Source: a virus
Lineage: Duplodnaviria; Caudoviricetes
Strand: one strand, 5' to 3'
Virus record (IMG/VR): IMGVR_UViG_3300005611_000063
Location: 1 to 42,180 of that record
Length of the DNA stretch: 42,180 nt
Under the pieces are notes generated by a model. The model ran no database searches. It worked only from the letters and a program-made list of their open reading frames with translations, and was not told the origin of the DNA. The position numbers and the translations under genes are program-made. Positions 37,296-42,180 of the stretch are shown piece by piece. Position 1 is the first letter of the stretch, and the number at the start of each line of letters is the position of its first letter.

Positions 37296-37557
37296 TGGTT
37301 TTAATTGGCTCTAGATCACCCAGTGCAAACCCATCATAGCAGGTCGAAAAATCGTTAGGCTTTCCGCTCTCGTTAACACCTATATCTAAAGTAGAATCAT
37401 CGTTACAAGCAATTATCGTAATCATTGCCTCAAAACTGGAATCTTCACCAAAGTGGCGACTACAATCGACATTCACAAAAAGCCCAACTTCCAGCTTGCA
37501 CCCGTGCTTTTTTTCCCACGCCTCAATGTTTGGGAGGGTTTGTTTTTTAAATGTCAT
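37273..37557 (-). CDS. antisense accessory protein
   Basis: Coupled (ATGA) to the upstream minus-strand gene. Confidence 0.65.
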   Translation of the reverse strand: MTFKKQTLPNIEAWEKKHGCKLEVGLFVNVDCSRHFGEDSSFEAMITIIACNDDSTLDIGVNESGKPNDFSTCYDGFALGDLEPIKTINQTPEQ

Positions 37558-37778
37558 GTTTTACCTGCTGTCTCTTTCAAAACACTAACGCCGCACGCAC
37601 GGAAGTGATCAATTGCTTTGCATGGCCCTACGCCATTGGCGGCAATTGCTAGATGGCTTTCCGATGACGAAATGTAGCCTACCTCGTAAGGGAAAACTAA
37701 AAACCAGCTTCTTATTTTAAACTTATCGGCTAGCTGCAATGCCCTTTTTCTGTTAGCGCTAATTATGTAGTAGTTCAT
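37554..37778 (-). CDS. antisense accessory protein
   Basis: ATG at 37778 after aaggag; motif promoter. Confidence 0.7.
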   Translation of the reverse strand: MNYYIISANRKRALQLADKFKIRSWFLVFPYEVGYISSSESHLAIAANGVGPCKAIDHFRACGVSVLKETAGKT

Positions 37779-37808
37779 TATATTTAACTCCTTCGTTTTG
37801 ATAAGCTC

Positions 37809-37901
37809 ATTATTAACCAACCAAGTCAGTTAGTGAAATAACGTTTGGTTATACGATATAGCTATTTGTTATTTCACAATATGCACTGTGCAGGCAATAA
37901 T
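37809..37901. promoter_or_regulatory. divergent pair of motif promoters sharing one array
   Basis: ATAAC-N5-GTTAT-N5-ATAGC-N5-GTTAT flanked by TTCACT-N17-AATAAT (minus) and TTCACA-N17-AATAAT (plus). Confidence 0.8.
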
Positions 37902-37929
37902 CTGGTTAACTTAATCAGGGTGAATCACA

Positions 37930-38178
37930 ATGACAGAAACAACAAACACAATTTCAATAACTGCGGTTTTAAGCAAAATCGCAAACATGACGGAAGATCG
38001 CCGCGACGGTGAAATTGATTTTATGCTTAATATGCTGGTGCACGATGGCGAGTATTATTTTTGCCAGCAGCACGGGGTAATTGCCGAGCATGATGTAGAG
38101 GGTGATGGGGATAATCATTGCGGGTTTTGCTTTGAAGAAGACAGCGAAACATTAACCCCAGTTAAGAGGATTTATTAA
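37930..38178 (+). CDS. acidic accessory protein with CxxH/CxxC putative Zn ligands
   Basis: CQQH...CGFC; motif promoter. Confidence 0.7.
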   Translation: MTETTNTISITAVLSKIANMTEDRRDGEIDFMLNMLVHDGEYYFCQQHGVIAEHDVEGDGDNHCGFCFEEDSETLTPVKRIY

Positions 38179-38333
38179 TGCCTGAACAAACAGATTTAAA
38201 GGCGCTATTCAAGGACGAAATAGCGCTTGAAAGGTTTAAGGTTTACTTGTTGAAAAAAGCGGTTTCACTGCTGACTGATAGCGAGACGGACGCAGCCGAC
38301 GCAGTAAAGCAAGTTGTTGACGAACTAAGTTAA
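38178..38333 (+). CDS. 51-aa hypothetical protein
   Basis: TAATG coupling; RBS gagga. Confidence 0.6.
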   Translation: MPEQTDLKALFKDEIALERFKVYLLKKAVSLLTDSETDAADAVKQVVDELS

Positions 38334-38380
38334 TTTACCCCGCCACCAAAACACGCTAAACTAGCATTAATATATTTTTA

Positions 38381-39769
38381 ATGGTGCTTAGCGTGTCCGA
38401 CTTTATCATAAACCAAGTAAAAAGTCTCAGAGAGCAAATTCAATTGCAAATGTCGCCCAACTCGCGCAGGCCGTGGGCGTGGGGTGTTTATGGCTACCCC
38501 GAAACCCTTTGTTTTTATGACTATTACAACGTCTACAAGCGCAACGCTTACGCAAAGGCGCTAGTGTGGGCTAAGCCCAACACTTGCTGGTCAGATGGAT
38601 TTAAAGTCATTGAGGGTGACGATACGAGCGACGCAGACAACCGCGACCAAACGCCGTGGGAAAAAGAAGTATCAAGCATACTCAATAAAATAAAAGCTCA
38701 TCGAGCGCTAAAACTTGCTGACGTTAAGCAGCGTGTTAACCAGTATTCAGCAATTGTAATTCAAATTCGCGGCAGCCAAGAACAAGCTAATTACGAAAAC
38801 GAACTAACCGGAACACTTGTTGCTGACAATATTGAAAAGCTGCATTTGTTTTATGATGAGCATTGCAAGCCTTGCGCGTGGGAGCAAAACGAAAGCAACC
38901 CCCGTTACAGCCTACCAACTTATTACCAAGTGGAATTTAACGTAAACGAAAACAACACGGACGATAAGCAGGGCGTTAAATACATTAAAAAAATCCATTG
39001 GTCGAGAGTTATTATCCTGAGCGAAGGGGTTATGCCTGATGACCTAAGCGGTGAAAGTGTACTTGAAGCCCCTTATAACAATTTTATCAACCTTGAAAAA
39101 GTTCAAGGCGGCGTTGGTGAAGGGGTTGCATTTAATGCGGCTGCAAAAGTCGCATACGAAACCACAGGGGACGGAGACGAAATAGACGTTGACGAAACCA
39201 CGGGCGAACCCGCAAGCGATGAAAAAAAAGGAAAATCGCTTGCAAAGGCTATGGTCGCATTTAGGAATAAAATTGAAGCCGCTTTGCTGGTTGGCAAAAT
39301 GAAGCCGCACATGCTCAATACCAAGATCGAGTATAAGCACGAATACGTCGATAAAGAAGTGCAAGCAATCGCAGCTAGTGACGGGGTGCCAGAGAAGCGC
39401 ATAACAGGGGCGCAAACTGGGCGGTTAGCGGGTGATAGCGATGAAACTGGTTTTGGCGTTACGTGTAAAGCGCGACAAGCGGGTTATTGCACTGACAGCA
39501 TCTTGCTGTTAGTTGAGTGGCTAATTAAATATAACATTGTTAAACCAGTCGATGACATTTCAGTGTGGTGGCCTGATTTGTTAGCCCCAAGTGATCAAGA
39601 CAAAGTTGACATTGTAGAAAAGATGACAAAAGCCAATCAGCAACAAATGGTTGCAACTGGCGAGGTGTTATTTAGCACTAAGCAAATGCAAACAATAATG
39701 GGCTATTCAGACCAGCCAGATGACGAGCGCGATTTAAGCGATTTAGCGGGCGAAGATGAAACCGACTAA
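38381..39769 (+). CDS. portal protein (DUF1073-like)
   Basis: YGYPE, IHWSRV, LEKV.GG.GE and G.QTGRLA motifs. Confidence 0.88.
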   Translation: MVLSVSDFIINQVKSLREQIQLQMSPNSRRPWAWGVYGYPETLCFYDYYNVYKRNAYAKALVWAKPNTCWSDGFKVIEGDDTSDADNRDQTPWEKEVSSILNKIKAHRALKLADVKQRVNQYSAIVIQIRGSQEQANYENELTGTLVADNIEKLHLFYDEHCKPCAWEQNESNPRYSLPTYYQVEFNVNENNTDDKQGVKYIKKIHWSRVIILSEGVMPDDLSGESVLEAPYNNFINLEKVQGGVGEGVAFNAAAKVAYETTGDGDEIDVDETTGEPASDEKKGKSLAKAMVAFRNKIEAALLVGKMKPHMLNTKIEYKHEYVDKEVQAIAASDGVPEKRITGAQTGRLAGDSDETGFGVTCKARQAGYCTDSILLLVEWLIKYNIVKPVDDISVWWPDLLAPSDQDKVDIVEKMTKANQQQMVATGEVLFSTKQMQTIMGYSDQPDDERDLSDLAGEDETD

Positions 39770-40664
39770 GATCGAGCAAATACCAACTAGACAACTCACA
39801 AATTGGACTGACGCAAAGCGCGCTATTAATGCGCGTTTAAAGCGTGGGCGCAAATCAGTTGTTAATGCTATTTATGACATACCTGTTAAAGCCGTCAACA
39901 TTGAAAATAATCGCACTCGGTACGAATATTTAATAACACCAGAGCGCTTGACTCAGATACCCAATGAAATAAATGACATAATAAGTCAACTATTACAGGT
40001 TGAAGGGCTTAAGCCACAAAGGTGGTTTTTTGACCAGTACATAAACAAAGCTTATCAAAGCGGCACAGCTACAGCGGCGGCTAACATATCAGCACAAGCG
40101 GCGGTAGCTGGGTCAGCGGCAGTTGGGCAACTTGAGCTAGAAAACATACTATTTAGCGAGCCATATCGAAGACGCATTGAAATAGCGGGGTCGCGTGCGT
40201 TTAACAATATGCAGGGGTTTGCAGGCAGTAACGCAATTGACCTAGGCCGAATTATGGTTGAGGGAATTGCAATGGGTGAAAGCCCACGGCAAATCTCTAT
40301 TGCAATGCAAAAACGATGGCGTGAAATGCCACGTTATCGAACTGATAGGATCGCTCGAACTGAAGTTAACAAAGCTTTTACTGATGCACGTATAGAGCAA
40401 GCAGTAGACGCTAACAAGCGTCTTGGATTGGATGTAAGACTAATGCATGTTAGTGCGTTAGTTCCCGCGACACGACCGACGCACGCGGCGAGACATGGCA
40501 AAATATACACTATGGACGAGCAAGAAAGATGGTGGTCAGAGGGTAGTAATAGAATAAATTGCCTTTGCTCAACAACAGAAGTGCTGTATATCAAAGGCAA
40601 GCCAGTAAATAAAAGCGTTATCGAGCGACAAAGGGAAAGGGGCGAGGCTTATTTTGGGAAATAA
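39756..40664 (+). CDS. head morphogenesis protein (SPP1 gp7 / Mu F-like)
   Basis: RIARTE, HVSAL..TR.THAARHG and INCLCS motifs. Confidence 0.88.
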   Translation: MKPTKIEQIPTRQLTNWTDAKRAINARLKRGRKSVVNAIYDIPVKAVNIENNRTRYEYLITPERLTQIPNEINDIISQLLQVEGLKPQRWFFDQYINKAYQSGTATAAANISAQAAVAGSAAVGQLELENILFSEPYRRRIEIAGSRAFNNMQGFAGSNAIDLGRIMVEGIAMGESPRQISIAMQKRWREMPRYRTDRIARTEVNKAFTDARIEQAVDANKRLGLDVRLMHVSALVPATRPTHAARHGKIYTMDEQERWWSEGSNRINCLCSTTEVLYIKGKPVNKSVIERQRERGEAYFGK

Positions 40665-40687
40665 ACGGGCGTTATGCCCGTTTTTAT
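40663..40687. terminator. bidirectional terminator
   Basis: aaacgggc-gttat-gcccgttttt between convergent genes. Confidence 0.8.
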
Positions 40688-41053
40688 TTACTTAACAAAA
40701 AAATATTTATTTCCATCGGTGCGAATTTCACCGCGCCCAATGCCAAACCAGAGACAATTATTGACGTGTTCAAGGGTAACGGACACCTTGTAAGTCACTA
40801 ACCGATATATCACCCTAAGCGTTTCGCCTTCTTTGCTTTCTTTTAGGACCTTCAAAATCAACCCATAATGCTTAGGCGCTTTCGCTTTTTCCGGCATTGT
40901 TGCTGACAGCGCGTTTACCGATACAGTAGGCACTGGCAAGCTATTAACTGGCGCTTCTTTACAAGCTAACTTTGCTAGCTCAGCTAGACGTTGTTGCTCG
41001 GTGGCGTAGACCATTAATTTTGCTACTTCTTCAAAGTTAAATAGCGTTCTCAT
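40688..41053 (-). CDS. antisense accessory protein with wHTH-like C-terminus
   Basis: ILKVL..SKEGETLRVI..CL...GE pattern; motif promoter. Confidence 0.7.
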   Translation of the reverse strand: MRTLFNFEEVAKLMVYATEQQRLAELAKLACKEAPVNSLPVPTVSVNALSATMPEKAKAPKHYGLILKVLKESKEGETLRVIYRLVTYKVSVTLEHVNNCLWFGIGRGEIRTDGNKYFFVK

Positions 41054-41085
41054 TTTGTTTTATCTCGTGTGGTTAAGTTGGGCTA

Positions 41086-41178
41086 ATGATAGCTATAAAC
41101 GACCCGCATGATAAATAACAAATAGTTATACGTTATGCGTTTTTGTTATTTTGCATAGCTGGCGCTTGAGTGTAGATT
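41086..41178. promoter_or_regulatory. divergent pair of motif promoters
   Basis: ATAAC-N5-GTTAT-N5-ATGCG-N5-GTTAT flanked by TTATCA-N17-TATCAT (minus) and TTTGCA-N17-TAGATT (plus). Confidence 0.75.
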
Positions 41179-41209
41179 TAGTGTTATCGAAACAAAGCGG
41201 GATATTAAA

Positions 41210-41767
41210 ATGAAATTTGAATATTTAGATTTAGAAGCGGCGGTAACTTATTTAAAGGGTAAACTGAAGGAAGCTGATGTATATCCATTAACAAGTTTCA
41301 CTACGCTGGCAGAAGGGGCGCTAAGATCAGCAATACCACCCGTAATAGACTGGGATGGTGTTGAGCCGTTGCGGGTCAATCATCGGGTCAAGTGCTGGGA
41401 TTGCAAAGTGGTAATTACGGAGTTAGACCCGTCCTACCCGTTTGCTTGCGTAAAACCAAATAATTTACCAATGTCAGTGGTTAATGTTGATGAGCTAAGG
41501 CCAATCAAACCAAAACCAATTAAAATAGATCACAGCTCGTTAGCTGGGTCGGGTATTGATTGTATTAGCAAATCCGGCTCAATATTTAGGCCTTGTCCGA
41601 ATACAACGAGAACTATAGGTTCAATCCGAATGAATCACCCAATGGCGTTAACTATCGAGCAGATTAATCTAATTCCAAAGGGTTATGCTGTTGAGTATTT
41701 CAACGGAAAATCTGGTGACTTTCACACTTGCACGGTGACCGGAATTAAAGAAGGATACGAGCTATGA
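41210..41767 (+). CDS. hypothetical protein
   Basis: 185-aa ORF behind a motif promoter. Confidence 0.7.
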   Translation: MKFEYLDLEAAVTYLKGKLKEADVYPLTSFTTLAEGALRSAIPPVIDWDGVEPLRVNHRVKCWDCKVVITELDPSYPFACVKPNNLPMSVVNVDELRPIKPKPIKIDHSSLAGSGIDCISKSGSIFRPCPNTTRTIGSIRMNHPMALTIEQINLIPKGYAVEYFNGKSGDFHTCTVTGIKEGYEL

Positions 41768-41847
41768 AAACAAGCCAATATTATGCCGCAGGTGTTAGCG
41801 CCTGCATCCTGCTAGCTAGCGTTGCTATGGTGGTGCACAATGGCTAA
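41764..41847 (+). CDS. 27-aa hydrophobic peptide
   Basis: ATGA coupling; MKTSQYYAAGVSACILLASVAMVVHNG*. Confidence 0.4.
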   Translation: MKTSQYYAAGVSACILLASVAMVVHNG

Positions 41848-42180
41848 GCGCAAAAAGAAATACAACAAAATGGGTTCGCTCATTAGCGCGTCAAATATGG
41901 CGCTAAAAAATATTGCAGTTTGGCGCAGTGTTAAAACGCATGAACAAGGAACATGCGAAGCGATAGACACAAAACACTTAAAGCAGGCGGTTGTTAACTT
42001 AACGCTTGCGCGAATGCTGAACGATCTACGACATGTTTGGGTTGTTCAATTGATTGCTGTATGTAATGACGGTTGCAGAGATTACTTTAAATCTGAATCA
42101 GTGACAGTTGACAGGCCGATTTTGCAATCCCAGCTATCTACTTTTTTGGATGAGCAGCACAAGCGGTTTATTAAAAATGA
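41840..42180 (+). CDS. hypothetical protein running off the window end (continues in frame at positions 1-34 if circular)
   Basis: MAKRKKKYNK... stays open to 42180; joining to base 1 gives ...KNEQLKTHFMHMA*. Confidence 0.7.
   Translation, partial: MAKRKKKYNKMGSLISASNMALKNIAVWRSVKTHEQGTCEAIDTKHLKQAVVNLTLARMLNDLRHVWVVQLIAVCNDGCRDYFKSESVTVDRPILQSQLSTFLDEQHKRFIKN

Noticed and set aside
1-42180. tRNA/rRNA genes or IS elements
   Set aside because: None recognised by eye; a tRNAscan/Rfam run would be needed to exclude them formally

Overview
The window looks like an essentially complete, circularly permuted ~42 kb genome of a tailed siphovirus-type phage. It is probably virulent (no integrase or CI recognised), and a marine gammaproteobacterial host is my inference. 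Modules: lysozyme-fold endolysin candidate and head genes (1-4.2 kb); a 1370-aa fibre-like protein oddly placed between capsid and neck genes; neck/tail genes, tape measure, tail tip and a beta-helix tailspike (10.8-22.4 kb); a leftward recombination/replication operon (Sak4-like ATPase, SSB, YqaJ exonuclease, HNH, SF2 helicase, VRR-NUC); Cro-like gene, primase and a palindromic origin (28-31 kb); small early genes; terminase, portal and head morphogenesis genes at the right end. The last ORF continues in frame into position 1. Four structures stand out. (1) A genome-wide regulon of 10 promoters at 8 loci, with a 10-bp-phased ATAAC-N5-GTTAT array abutting the -35 box, driving accessory genes that are often inserted antisense in structural operons. 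(2) A two-cassette locus at 8.8-9.9 kb bounded by interleaved direct repeats, including a synonymous-only second copy of the fibre gene 3' end and a terminator with an inverted loop. (3) An HNH gene inserted after about codon 14 of the helicase, with a synonymously recoded replacement start. (4) Two stand-alone paralogues of the primase C-terminal winged-helix domain, one behind a structured leader. All calls come from reading the sequence by eye; no searches were run.
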